Below, piece by piece: positions 1-8,890 of a stretch of DNA of 64,000 nt; the stretch's first letter is position 1, and every line of letters starts with the position of its first letter. Under the pieces are notes generated by a model, which was given only the letters and a program-made list of their open reading frames with translations, ran no database searches and had not been told where the DNA came from. Source of the DNA: Candidatus Giovannonibacteria bacterium (GTDB lineage: Bacteria > Patescibacteriota > Minisyncoccia > UBA11713 > 2-01-FULL-45-33). The translations under genes and the position numbers were made by a program. The DNA is taken from the NCBI GenBank assembly GCA_016432405.1, contig CP066687.1, positions 283,040-347,039 of the forward strand, given 5' to 3'.

Positions 1-1
1 C

Positions 2-1018
2 GCCGCTTATTTTTTCCACAATCTTTTTGTTTTTGACAATCTTACCTCCTATTTCATTTTTTTCTCGGTTTTGGGTTTCGTGCAATTTTTGGGAAGCGTT
101 CAGCAAAGAGATTTCCGACCCCCCGCTGAATCTTTTGCCAAATACGTCGCCGTCATTTTTGTTTTTCTCGCAGTTTTATTCTCTTTATATTTTTTGAATT
201 TTAAACCGCTTTTGGCAAACCAGAGATTGCTTGACGCGCTGAAGGGCATGGCGACGGATTCCGGAAACGTTGACAAAGTTTTGGCGGATTTTGACAGGGT
301 GTTTGAACTTAAGACCTTCGGCAACGGGGAAGCCAGGGAGCAGCTCGCCGGCTACGCAAACAAAATCGCAGGATTTAACGTCCCGATGGAGCTCAAGGTT
401 AAGGCGGTGCAAAAAGCCGTTTCCGAGATGGAGCGCCAGGTTGCGGAGAACCCGAAAGACGCCCGCGCGTACCTTTTTCTTTCGGCGCTTTATTTGAAAA
501 TCGGGCGGATTGACGACGGGCTCGCAATTCTCGCCAAGGCGCATGAATTGTCGCCGCAAAAACAGCAAATTTATTTTTTACTGGCTGACGCGCACATTAC
601 GAAAGGGGACAACAAAAAGGCCCTGGAAATTTTACAGGAGGCCTACGACCTTGACCCGACTTACGGGGAGGCGGTGAGAAACCTGGCTTTGGCCGCCATA
701 ATTAATGGGGACGAAAATTATGCCGAAAAAGTTTTATCAAAGGTTTTTAAAAACGGAATAACTAACGACCAAAACCTTCTTGCGGCTTACGCTAGAGTGG
801 GGAACTACAAAAAGGTCCGCGATATCTGGCTGCTCTTTATAAAACTGGAACCCCAAAACGCCCAGTACCGCGTGAGCTTGGCGGCAACTTATATGCAGCT
901 GGGGGAGCGTCAAAATGCCATAAAAGAGCTTCAAAAAGCCATAGAGCTTAATCCACAATTTAAGCCGCAGGGAGAGTATTTTATAGAGGAAATACGGGCA
1001 GGGAGAAATCCCCAGTAA
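2..1018 (+). CDS. O-antigen-ligase-like membrane protein with C-terminal TPR repeats (5' end outside the window)
   Basis: The frame is open from position 2 (AAYFFHNLFVFDNLTSY), with TM segments followed by TPR motifs (NPKDARAYLFLSALY, EPQNAQYRVSLAATY). Confidence 0.7.
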   Translation, partial: AAYFFHNLFVFDNLTSYFIFFSVLGFVQFLGSVQQRDFRPPAESFAKYVAVIFVFLAVLFSLYFLNFKPLLANQRLLDALKGMATDSGNVDKVLADFDRVFELKTFGNGEAREQLAGYANKIAGFNVPMELKVKAVQKAVSEMERQVAENPKDARAYLFLSALYLKIGRIDDGLAILAKAHELSPQKQQIYFLLADAHITKGDNKKALEILQEAYDLDPTYGEAVRNLALAAIINGDENYAEKVLSKVFKNGITNDQNLLAAYARVGNYKKVRDIWLLFIKLEPQNAQYRVSLAATYMQLGERQNAIKELQKAIELNPQFKPQGEYFIEEIRAGRNPQ

Positions 1019-1138
1019 GCCCGCTCCGACACGACGTCGGAGTTATCCACAACCGGCCTGTTGGCGCATAATGCTATAATAGAAACAGTTTAAAGCGTCG
1101 AACTTTAATTATTCGTTTTTATTAGCATTAAAATTTTT

Positions 1139-1984
1139 ATGAAGAATTTTCTTCTGTCAAAGAAACAGTCCATCACCGTGGCGGCGTCTGGACTTGTTTC
1201 CGTACTAATGGTCGCGGGGATTGTTTATTCCGCAACCACTATTAGCACTAATGTAAACACCGGAGGGACGCTCACGGTTTCGGGCGCCTCCACTCTTACG
1301 GGGACTGTTGCGGTCGCGTCTTCCACTCCGTCCGATACCGCCATGGTTTCGGTCCAGGGCAATGTGTATATTGCGGGCAATTTGATGAACGTTTCCAATA
1401 TCACCGCAACCGGCACACTTTCGGTAACAGGCGCTTCAACGCTGACCGGAGCCATAACTACGGGCAGCACTTTGGGAGTTTCAACTTCCACGCCCTTTGC
1501 CTTGGTTGGCAATAGTTTGGCGGTTCAGGGCAGCGTTTACCTTTCCGGCGCTTTAGTGAATGTTTCCAATGTCACCGCAACAGGAACGCTTGCGGTAACA
1601 GGCGCAACCACTTTAAGCAGCACTTTAGGAGTAACCGGCCTCACTACTCTCGGCTACGCTTCTTCCACCGGCGGTATTTCAATTTCTACCGGCGCTAACT
1701 CATTAATGGTTTCCGGCACTGCCACAACCACGGGATCCTCCGGACAGTTCGCGACCCAAGGGTTCATCGGCGCGGGGGGGACTTCCACTCCGGCGGCGGA
1801 ATTGTCTGCTACAAGTGCCGCTACTACGACTTTATATTTAGATACCAGCGGAACAAAGAAAGGCAGCTGTATTGAGCTTGTGCGGTCACATGATGGTGTT
1901 GTGTTCAGACTTTCTGTTGGCACGACAACGTTAGATAACTTTAACACAACGGTTTTGCTGGTTGAGGCAGGCGCTTGCAAGTAA
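1139..1984 (+). CDS. Secreted Thr/Ser/Gly-rich repetitive surface protein
   Basis: Signal-like N-terminus; internal repeats of (A/G)TGTL(S/A/T)V(T/S)GA(S/T)TL(T/S); TGCTATAAT promoter at 1072-1080. Confidence 0.7.
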   Translation: MKNFLLSKKQSITVAASGLVSVLMVAGIVYSATTISTNVNTGGTLTVSGASTLTGTVAVASSTPSDTAMVSVQGNVYIAGNLMNVSNITATGTLSVTGASTLTGAITTGSTLGVSTSTPFALVGNSLAVQGSVYLSGALVNVSNVTATGTLAVTGATTLSSTLGVTGLTTLGYASSTGGISISTGANSLMVSGTATTTGSSGQFATQGFIGAGGTSTPAAELSATSAATTTLYLDTSGTKKGSCIELVRSHDGVVFRLSVGTTTLDNFNTTVLLVEAGACK

Positions 1985-2016
1985 GTTTGACAAGTAAATA
2001 ATTACAAAAATTACTC

Positions 2017-3180
2017 ATGAAAATTTACTTTAAAATTTTCGCCATCTTAATGTCAGTTCCTTTTGCCTTTGCCTCGGCTGTGGGAGACGCGACTCTACAG
2101 CCGGGCGTCATAATTACTTTAAATGGCAAAAATTGGACTGTTTCAGGAAACGCGTCTGTTATGGATTCTATAACGGTCAATGAGGCCGATTTTTCCGTGA
2201 CTATGTCCGCAGGCCAGACCATCAAGCTGAATTCCACGGACAGAGTGACTCTAACCGTGCCGGAAACCGCTTCAATACAATCCAGCGCGGCTTGCACTTC
2301 GTCAGATAATACTCACACAATAACCAACCCATCCGGCGGCGCAACCGCAACTTTTTCCGTTACCGGTAACACTACTACTTGCAGCACTGGCGGTGGAGGC
2401 GGCGGTGGCGGAGGAGGAGGCGGTGGTGGCGGTGGTGGCGGCTCTTACGCGCCAACCGTTCCGGTTGTGTCGCAAACACCGGCCGCAACGGCCGCCCAGC
2501 CATCTCCAGTAGCTCAAGCCGTAAGTCCGGTTTTTAACAGCGATCTGGCCATTGGTTCAAGAGGCAATGACGTGACGCGACTCCAACAATTACTGGCTCG
2601 GGATGAAAGTATTTATCCGGAGGGGACAGTCAGCGGTTATTTTGGGAATTTGACTGCGCAAGCGGTTAAACGTTTCCAGGCAAAATACGGCATCTCGCAA
2701 GTCGGCAGAGTAGGCCCGCAGACAAGGGCAAAACTGGAAGAAGTTTTCGGGAAAGCAACCCCGGCCGCGCCCGAAGTGGCCCAACCCCCACCGATTACAC
2801 CGCTTTTCTCATCCGGCTTGAGCATCGGCGTGGTTAGCGAAGATGTGAAGTTCCTGCAGCAGATTTTGAACTCCGACCCCGATACTCAAGTTTCTTCTTT
2901 CGGCGTCGGCTCTCCGGGTGAGGAGACGACTTATTTCGGCTCTCTTACCGGGCGCGCCGTTCAAAAATTCCAGGTGAAATACGGAATTGCCAAAGCCGGC
3001 GATCCCGGCTATGGATATGTGGGGCCAAAAACTCGCGCAAAGCTGGGAGTAATTTTTGGAGTCGCTCCCGCCCCGACTCCCACGCCCGCGCCTGCACCGA
3101 CGCCAACTCCGGCTCCGACGCCGTCTTCAAGCGAAGTCCCATGGTTCCTGCAGCTGCAATCCGCTCCGAGAGCCCAATAA
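2017..3180 (+). CDS. Secreted protein with two peptidoglycan-binding domains, a poly-Gly linker and a Pro/Thr/Ala tail
   Basis: Two PG_binding_1-like units (DVTRLQQLL...GYFGNLTAQAVKRFQAKYGI...VGPQTRAKL and DVKFLQQIL...YFGSLTGRAVQKFQVKYGI...VGPKTRAKL). Confidence 0.85.
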   Translation: MKIYFKIFAILMSVPFAFASAVGDATLQPGVIITLNGKNWTVSGNASVMDSITVNEADFSVTMSAGQTIKLNSTDRVTLTVPETASIQSSAACTSSDNTHTITNPSGGATATFSVTGNTTTCSTGGGGGGGGGGGGGGGGGGSYAPTVPVVSQTPAATAAQPSPVAQAVSPVFNSDLAIGSRGNDVTRLQQLLARDESIYPEGTVSGYFGNLTAQAVKRFQAKYGISQVGRVGPQTRAKLEEVFGKATPAAPEVAQPPPITPLFSSGLSIGVVSEDVKFLQQILNSDPDTQVSSFGVGSPGEETTYFGSLTGRAVQKFQVKYGIAKAGDPGYGYVGPKTRAKLGVIFGVAPAPTPTPAPAPTPTPAPTPSSSEVPWFLQLQSAPRAQ

Positions 3181-3196
3181 TCCGAAATTGATTTTC

Positions 3197-3224
3197 AAAA
3201 CCACCCCGCGAGCGGGGTGGTTTT
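3197..3224. terminator. Bidirectional intrinsic terminator
   Basis: AAAACCACCCCGC-GA-GCGGGGTGGTTTT hairpin just after the stop codon. Confidence 0.8.
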
Positions 3225-3235
3225 ACTAATATAAT

Positions 3236-4018
3236 ATGAAAGTTCTTGTAACCGGCGGAGCCGGGTTTATTGGATCGCATTTGGTTGATGCCTTAATAGA
3301 AAAAGGGCATGAAGTGCATATTATTGATAATTTAGAAACGGGGAAGCGCGAAAATATAAATCCGAAAGCCGTTTTTCACCAAGCTGATATAAAAAATTAT
3401 AATGTGCTTCGCGCCGCGCAAAAAGCCGGAGTCAAAAAACTGATTTACTCCAGCTCATCCTCGGTGTATGGAAAAAACTCCACGCCTTTCCGCGAAGACA
3501 TGAAGCCCGATCCGTTGAATCCGTACGCGGCCCAAAAACTCATGGGCGAGTTGTACTGCAGAAATTTTTCGGAGCTTTATGGCTTGCCGACCGTGATTTT
3601 AAGATATTTTAACGTTTACGGGCCGAGAGAAATTTTGACCGGGGCATACGCTACTGTTATCGGCATTTTCCGCCAGCAACTAAAAGAAGGGAAACCAATG
3701 ACTATGGTGGCGGATGGGAATAAAAAAACGCGCGATTTCACACATGTTAAGGATGTTGTCTGCGCGAATATTTTAGCGATGGAATCCACAAAAGTAGGCA
3801 AGGCGGAGATAATAAATATCGGCACTGGCAAAAATTATACCGTAAAAGAGCTGGCAGATATGTTTGGCGGGCCGATTCAGATTATCCCCGCGCGTATCGG
3901 AGAGACGGCGGTTACTTTGGCTGATAATTCAAAAGCCCGCGAGATTTTAGGCTGGGAGCCAACCACTTCTCTTCCGGAGGGCATTGCGGGACTCAAAAAA
4001 CTTCACGGCTTGGTATAA
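3236..4018 (+). CDS. NAD-dependent epimerase/dehydratase with an apparent internal deletion (possible pseudogene)
   Basis: TGGAGFIG, SSSSVYG, YAAQK and RDFTHVKD motifs are present; the usual HLAA...NVxGT segment is missing near 3400. Confidence 0.8.
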   Translation: MKVLVTGGAGFIGSHLVDALIEKGHEVHIIDNLETGKRENINPKAVFHQADIKNYNVLRAAQKAGVKKLIYSSSSSVYGKNSTPFREDMKPDPLNPYAAQKLMGELYCRNFSELYGLPTVILRYFNVYGPREILTGAYATVIGIFRQQLKEGKPMTMVADGNKKTRDFTHVKDVVCANILAMESTKVGKAEIINIGTGKNYTVKELADMFGGPIQIIPARIGETAVTLADNSKAREILGWEPTTSLPEGIAGLKKLHGLV

Positions 4019-5202
4019 ATGTCAACCGTCTCTTTGAGCATCTTATCAAACGAGAATTTTTGGGAGACGAGTTCGTGATTTTTCTGCCCCATTTGTTGGC
4101 GGAGCCCCCCGTCGTCTAAAAGTTTTTTTATGGCCCCGGCAAGCGCTTCAGGGTTTTTCGGCGGAACCAAAATGCCGGATTCGCCGTCTTTGATTATCCA
4201 CGGGATTCCGCCGACTTTGGTCGCGACAACCGGAAGTCCGGCTTGCCCGGCTTCAATAAGCGTATACCCGAGCGCTTCGGTAACAGACGGCAAAACAAAA
4301 ATATCAAAGGATTTAAAGTATTTGGCGGCATCCAGCACAAAGCCCAAAAGAAAAACTTTGTCTTGCAATTTTGTGTCAGAAATTTGAAGCCGGAGTTTTT
4401 CGCCGTCCTCACCTGACCCGAGTATTAAAAGCCGGAAATCATGGTCGGTCAGTTTGCCCGCGGCTTCAATTAAATAAACAACTCCTTTATTTTTAGTGAG
4501 TTCCGCGACGCATCCGACCCATAGGCCCGGAAACTCTTTGTTGCCTGAATTTGTTTTACTTAGAGCGCCAGTAAGCTCTTGTTTTGCTTCTTCTCTCGGC
4601 AGCAATTCTGCGGGCCGCAGGCCTTGCTCCGTGAAAAAAATTTTTTTTCTGGAGAACGGGAAATACATCGCTTGGCTGTGCATGGCTCTGGAGAGCGTAA
4701 TAATTTTGTGGCAGAAGATAACCGTAATCCATTGCGCAAGGAAAATAATAAGCCGCGCGACGTAAGGCCTGTCTTCATTAAAGCCCCAGCCGTGGGCGGT
4801 GAAAACTATGAGTGGCCCGCTTCGCCCGTGAAGCGAGGCGAGCGAGTGACGAGTGACGAGTGACGAGATTCTTGCGGCTAATGCCCCGAGCCCGCCCGCC
4901 TTGCTGCTGTTTAAGTGAATGATGTCCGGGCGCTCGCTTTTGAAAATTTTCAAAAGAGCAAAAAGCGATAAAAATTCTTTTATGATGCTGATGTCGCGCT
5001 GCAAAAAAGGAATTGGTATGGTGCGGATGCCGGCTCGGTTCAACTTCTCCGTTAAAACGCCTTCTCCGCCGGCGGCGACTGCGATGTCAAACACTTCTTT
5101 ATCCAGAGAGGTTGCGGTATCATAAACGTATCTTTGGGCCCCACCCCAGTTTGATTTGGTAATTACGTATAAAATTTTCGTCTTTTTATTTAAATCAGGC
5201 AT
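4003..5202 (-). CDS. Glycosyltransferase family 4
   Basis: KSNWGGAQRYV, HLNSSKAG, TAHGW and the EX7E motif (EALGYTLIE); start placed at MPDLNKK. Confidence 0.9.
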   Translation of the reverse strand: MPDLNKKTKILYVITKSNWGGAQRYVYDTATSLDKEVFDIAVAAGGEGVLTEKLNRAGIRTIPIPFLQRDISIIKEFLSLFALLKIFKSERPDIIHLNSSKAGGLGALAARISSLVTRHSLASLHGRSGPLIVFTAHGWGFNEDRPYVARLIIFLAQWITVIFCHKIITLSRAMHSQAMYFPFSRKKIFFTEQGLRPAELLPREEAKQELTGALSKTNSGNKEFPGLWVGCVAELTKNKGVVYLIEAAGKLTDHDFRLLILGSGEDGEKLRLQISDTKLQDKVFLLGFVLDAAKYFKSFDIFVLPSVTEALGYTLIEAGQAGLPVVATKVGGIPWIIKDGESGILVPPKNPEALAGAIKKLLDDGGLRQQMGQKNHELVSQKFSFDKMLKETVDIYTKP

Positions 5203-6613
5203 GTATAATTGGAATGTCAAATCAAAGTTTCTTGTTCTGGTCCTGCTTTTTGGCGATTTGCTGTCTTTCGTCTTGGCCCTTTGGGCGTCCTTGACCGTCC
5301 GCTTTTTTTTTCTGCCGTACGGGAGTTATCTTTGGTCATATAGGGTTTTTTTGGAAGACCACTTATTGCCATTCAGCTTGATATTTTTGATGTGGATTTT
5401 GGTCTTGTATCTCGCTGGGTTTTACAGCACTCTTGTAATCGGCTATCGGCTTTCTCTGGCGCAGGCCTTGGTCAGGGTCCATGTTATAAACAGCGTGATA
5501 GCGGTTGTTTTCTTTTATATTTTCCTGCCGTATTTTTTTCTGGCGCCGAAAGCGAATTTAATCTTATACCTTATTTTTTCTTTCGCGCTTTTGTTTTTAT
5601 GGAGAGCGTGGAATATGCCGTTTTTGAAAAACGCTTTCGGCGCCGCCACCCTTTATTTTATCGGGCCGGGTCCGGAGCTCCGGGAGCTCGTTATGGCTTT
5701 TTCGCACAATCCTTACTACAGCAATATAAGGGTGGTCGGCGCGAAGCGCGCCGAGGAAATAAAATCGGCATCTGACATAGATCTTTCCGCGCTGGAGCGC
5801 GCCGCCGCCGCAGGCGGATTCGCCGCCGTGGTTTCGCCGACTTCCATAGGAGCGCCCTATCAACATAACGAAGCGATTGTAAGAAAGTTTTACGAGCCGA
5901 TATTTAAGGGCGTGCAGTTTTTCAGTTTTCAGAAATTTTATGAATCCGTTTTCCACAAGGTTCCGGCGTCTTTGGTTGACGAGGCGTGGCTTTTGGAAAA
6001 TATATCCTCTCCCTCCCGCGCTATTTACGATTTTGCGAAGAGGTTCGTTGATATAATTATTTCATTGTCCGCCGGAATAATTTCTTTGATATTTTACCCG
6101 TTTATAATTTTGGCCATGAAACTGGACGACGGCGGGCCGGTTTTTTACGTGCCCGAACGCGTCGGACAGAACGGCAGAAAGTTCAGGCCCTTTAAATTTC
6201 GCACGATGAAAGTGGGGGCGCCCGTCAGCTGGTTTGAAAAGGGCGACCCGCGCGTCACGAAAATAGGCAGATTTTTGCGGAAGACGTCTTTGGACGAGCT
6301 GCCCCAGCTCTGGAACGTTTTTTTGGGCGACATAAGCTTGGTGGGCCCGCGGCCGGACGTGGCGGATTTCGCGCGGGAGCTTGAACAAAAAATTCCTTAT
6401 TATAAAGTGCGCACGCTGGTTAAGCCGGGGCTTACCGGCTGGGCGCAGGTTTCCCAAAAAGTCAAAGGAGAGAACCCCAGCTCGATGGAGGAAACAAAGG
6501 AGCGCTTGACGTATGACCTTTACTACATCAAAAACAGGTCGTTTCTTCTGGACTTGGCGATAATTTTAAAAACACTGCACTTGGTCTTATCCAGAATCGG
6601 GTTTTTCAAATAA
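5201..6613 (+). CDS. Polyprenyl glycosylphosphotransferase (WcaJ/CpsE-like sugar transferase)
   Basis: N-terminal TM helices, then KRFVDI, FKFRTM, LDELPQLWNV, SLVGPRP and KPGLTGWAQ; the start codon is uncertain. Confidence 0.9.
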   Translation: MYNWNVKSKFLVLVLLFGDLLSFVLALWASLTVRFFFLPYGSYLWSYRVFLEDHLLPFSLIFLMWILVLYLAGFYSTLVIGYRLSLAQALVRVHVINSVIAVVFFYIFLPYFFLAPKANLILYLIFSFALLFLWRAWNMPFLKNAFGAATLYFIGPGPELRELVMAFSHNPYYSNIRVVGAKRAEEIKSASDIDLSALERAAAAGGFAAVVSPTSIGAPYQHNEAIVRKFYEPIFKGVQFFSFQKFYESVFHKVPASLVDEAWLLENISSPSRAIYDFAKRFVDIIISLSAGIISLIFYPFIILAMKLDDGGPVFYVPERVGQNGRKFRPFKFRTMKVGAPVSWFEKGDPRVTKIGRFLRKTSLDELPQLWNVFLGDISLVGPRPDVADFARELEQKIPYYKVRTLVKPGLTGWAQVSQKVKGENPSSMEETKERLTYDLYYIKNRSFLLDLAIILKTLHLVLSRIGFFK

Positions 6614-6623
6614 AATTATAACC

Positions 6624-7625
6624 ATGAAAATTTTTATAACCGGAACGTCGGGATACATAGGCGGGATGCTCGCTGACCGCTTTGCTGAAAATCAGGAAGT
6701 TGAAAAAATAATCGCTTTGGATACGAATTCGGACTTGGCAACTCGGTTGCCAAGTGGCAACCGAGTTGCTTTGGTTCAGCATAATCTTGGCGACCCCGGC
6801 TGGGAAGAAAAGGTCTTGGCCGCAGGCAGGCCGGACGTTGTTATCCATTGCGCCTACGTTATCCGCGAGGGCTACGGTAAAAAAAGGGCCTGGCAGATAA
6901 AATCCAATATCACCGCGGCCGAGAAGGTTTTTGATTTTGTTTCAAAAAACAAGATACCGCGGCTTATACATTTTTCAACCGTCGCTTCTTACGGCGCGCT
7001 TCCCGGTAATTCCACGAACTATAAATTCAAAGAATCCGACCCTTTCCGCGAGGAAAAGTATCTTTACGGCGCGGATAAAAAAATAATTGAAGAAAAATTA
7101 AAAGCCGCGCTTCAGCCGTCTTCCGCGACGCAGGTTTTGGTAATCCGCCCGTGCGCCATCACGGGTCCCCGGGGGCAGTTTATGTTCAAGCGCTTCGGAC
7201 TTCTGCGCGCGGTAAAATTTGGCCTCCCGGTTGTGCCGGTGACTGGGCCGGATTCCGCGAGGCAGTTTGTCCACGAAGACGATATCTGGGAGGCCGTCCG
7301 GTTTATGGCAGACGGAGAGGTGTCTTCAAAATACGAAGTTTTCAACGTTGCTCCGGCCGACTTCTTTTTGCTGAAAGATATGGCGAAAGAAATCAGCAAA
7401 CTCTCAATAAGGGTGCCGATGTGGCTGGGGAAACTATGCTTCGGCGTTTTGTGGCATCTTTCGCGGGGGAGGATTCCAACGGTCCCGGCGGGCATCAATT
7501 CTTACACTTACCCGATTATCGTTGACGGCTCAAAAATCACAAACTATGGATTTAAGTACCAATACACCGGCCGCGAGGCGCTTAAAGCGGATAGGGGCTA
7601 CTACAGCCGTTTTGTGGATAAATAA
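6624..7625 (+). CDS. NAD-dependent epimerase/dehydratase family protein
   Basis: TGTSGYIG, IHCAY, STVASYG, YGADK and QFVHEDD motifs. Confidence 0.85.
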   Translation: MKIFITGTSGYIGGMLADRFAENQEVEKIIALDTNSDLATRLPSGNRVALVQHNLGDPGWEEKVLAAGRPDVVIHCAYVIREGYGKKRAWQIKSNITAAEKVFDFVSKNKIPRLIHFSTVASYGALPGNSTNYKFKESDPFREEKYLYGADKKIIEEKLKAALQPSSATQVLVIRPCAITGPRGQFMFKRFGLLRAVKFGLPVVPVTGPDSARQFVHEDDIWEAVRFMADGEVSSKYEVFNVAPADFFLLKDMAKEISKLSIRVPMWLGKLCFGVLWHLSRGRIPTVPAGINSYTYPIIVDGSKITNYGFKYQYTGREALKADRGYYSRFVDK

Positions 7626-7892
7626 CTTGACAAATATAATGGATTTGCTAGGATAGGGGCATGTGAGTGTTTCCGCCGATAAGGCGGGTACATGTCTATG
7701 TCTGCACAAAGCCCGCGATTTATCACGGGTTTTGTGTTTTTTAATGGCACTTTTCGCGCTTGAGGGGGCTACGGAGGGTTGTACTCCTTCTATGTCATTT
7801 ATGTGAGTGCCGGCTCCGTAACCCCCCAAAGCGCAAAAGCCGATTATCCACATATTGATATTAGCACCGTATAAATTAATATTAAATTACGG

Positions 7893-8471
7893 ATGGTCCC
7901 CAAAAAAATATTTTTTACGAAAGGAGTCGGCGCGCATAAAGAAAAACTGGCGTCTTTTGAGCTGGCTTTGCGGGATGCCGGCATTGCCCACTGCAATTTA
8001 ATTTTGGTCTCCAGCATCTATCCTCCGGGAGTCAAAAAAATTTCCAAGGAAGAAGGGGTAAAATCAATCAGGCCGGGCGAAATTGTCTTTTGCGTCTACG
8101 ACCGCGAGTCCACCAACGAACCCAACCGTCTCATCGCGGCTTCTGTGGGGCTGGCTATTCCGGCCGACCCAGAACAGCACGGCTATCTTTCAGAGCATCA
8201 CGCTTACGGAGAGACCGAAGAAAAAGCCGGAGAATACGCCGAGGATTTGGCGGCGAGCATGTTGGCCACGATTTTGGGCATTGAGTTTAACTCGGATACC
8301 GCTTGGGATGAGAGAGAGCAGCTTTTTAAAATGTCCGGTAAGATTGTGCGCACGTCAAACGTCACCCAATCGGCTATCGGCAACAAAGACGGCCTTTGGA
8401 CGACGGTCTTTGCGGCCGCGGTGTTCGTGGAAGATAACAATGATAACGCGCCGGAACAAAAAACAACATGA
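7893..8471 (+). CDS. pdaD: Pyruvoyl-dependent arginine decarboxylase
   Basis: [24 protein letters not shown] contains the Ser-Ser self-cleavage site; GYLSEHH. Confidence 0.9.
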   Translation: MVPKKIFFTKGVGAHKEKLASFELALRDAGIAHCNLILVSSIYPPGVKKISKEEGVKSIRPGEIVFCVYDRESTNEPNRLIAASVGLAIPADPEQHGYLSEHHAYGETEEKAGEYAEDLAASMLATILGIEFNSDTAWDEREQLFKMSGKIVRTSNVTQSAIGNKDGLWTTVFAAAVFVEDNNDNAPEQKTT

Positions 8472-8815
8472 GAGTTTCGCTGAAAGGCACGAATATCCAG
8501 CTTTTGGAATCAACCCGGGAATATGTTGATAAAAAAATCGTGCGATCTGCGGAAAAACTGCTGGTTCACGATGGCGATGCCCTATCTTTGGAAATTGAAG
8601 TTGGTAAAACCACCCGCCACCACAAAACCGGGCCGTATTTCCGCGCCGAGGCGAATTTGTCCGTCGGCAAGACAATGCTCCGCGCCGAGGCCTTGGGCGA
8701 AACCTTAAACGAAGCCATTGATTTGGTTGAGGGGGAACTTACGCGCGAAATAAAAAAATTCAAGGAAAAAAAACGGACGATGCTTTTGAGAAGCGCGAGA
8801 AAAATAAAATTGTGA
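8468..8815 (+). CDS. hpf: Ribosome hibernation factor (HPF/RaiA)
   Basis: [18 protein letters not shown]...LRAEA...AIDLV, an S30AE-like pattern. Confidence 0.85.
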   Translation: MRVSLKGTNIQLLESTREYVDKKIVRSAEKLLVHDGDALSLEIEVGKTTRHHKTGPYFRAEANLSVGKTMLRAEALGETLNEAIDLVEGELTREIKKFKEKKRTMLLRSARKIKL

Positions 8816-8890
8816 CTATACTCAATTATTCACGATCGGACGAAAGTGAGTATATCGACTTTTCGGGTTTTTTTGTGTAAAATATGCATC

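Noticed and set aside
2389-2441. GGC/GGT/GGA triplet run as a DNA repeat element
   Set aside because: Mixed codons show selection for a poly-Gly protein linker.
7613-7852. oriC
   Set aside because: Only two DnaA boxes, no dnaA or dnaN nearby, and similar boxes are scattered elsewhere.
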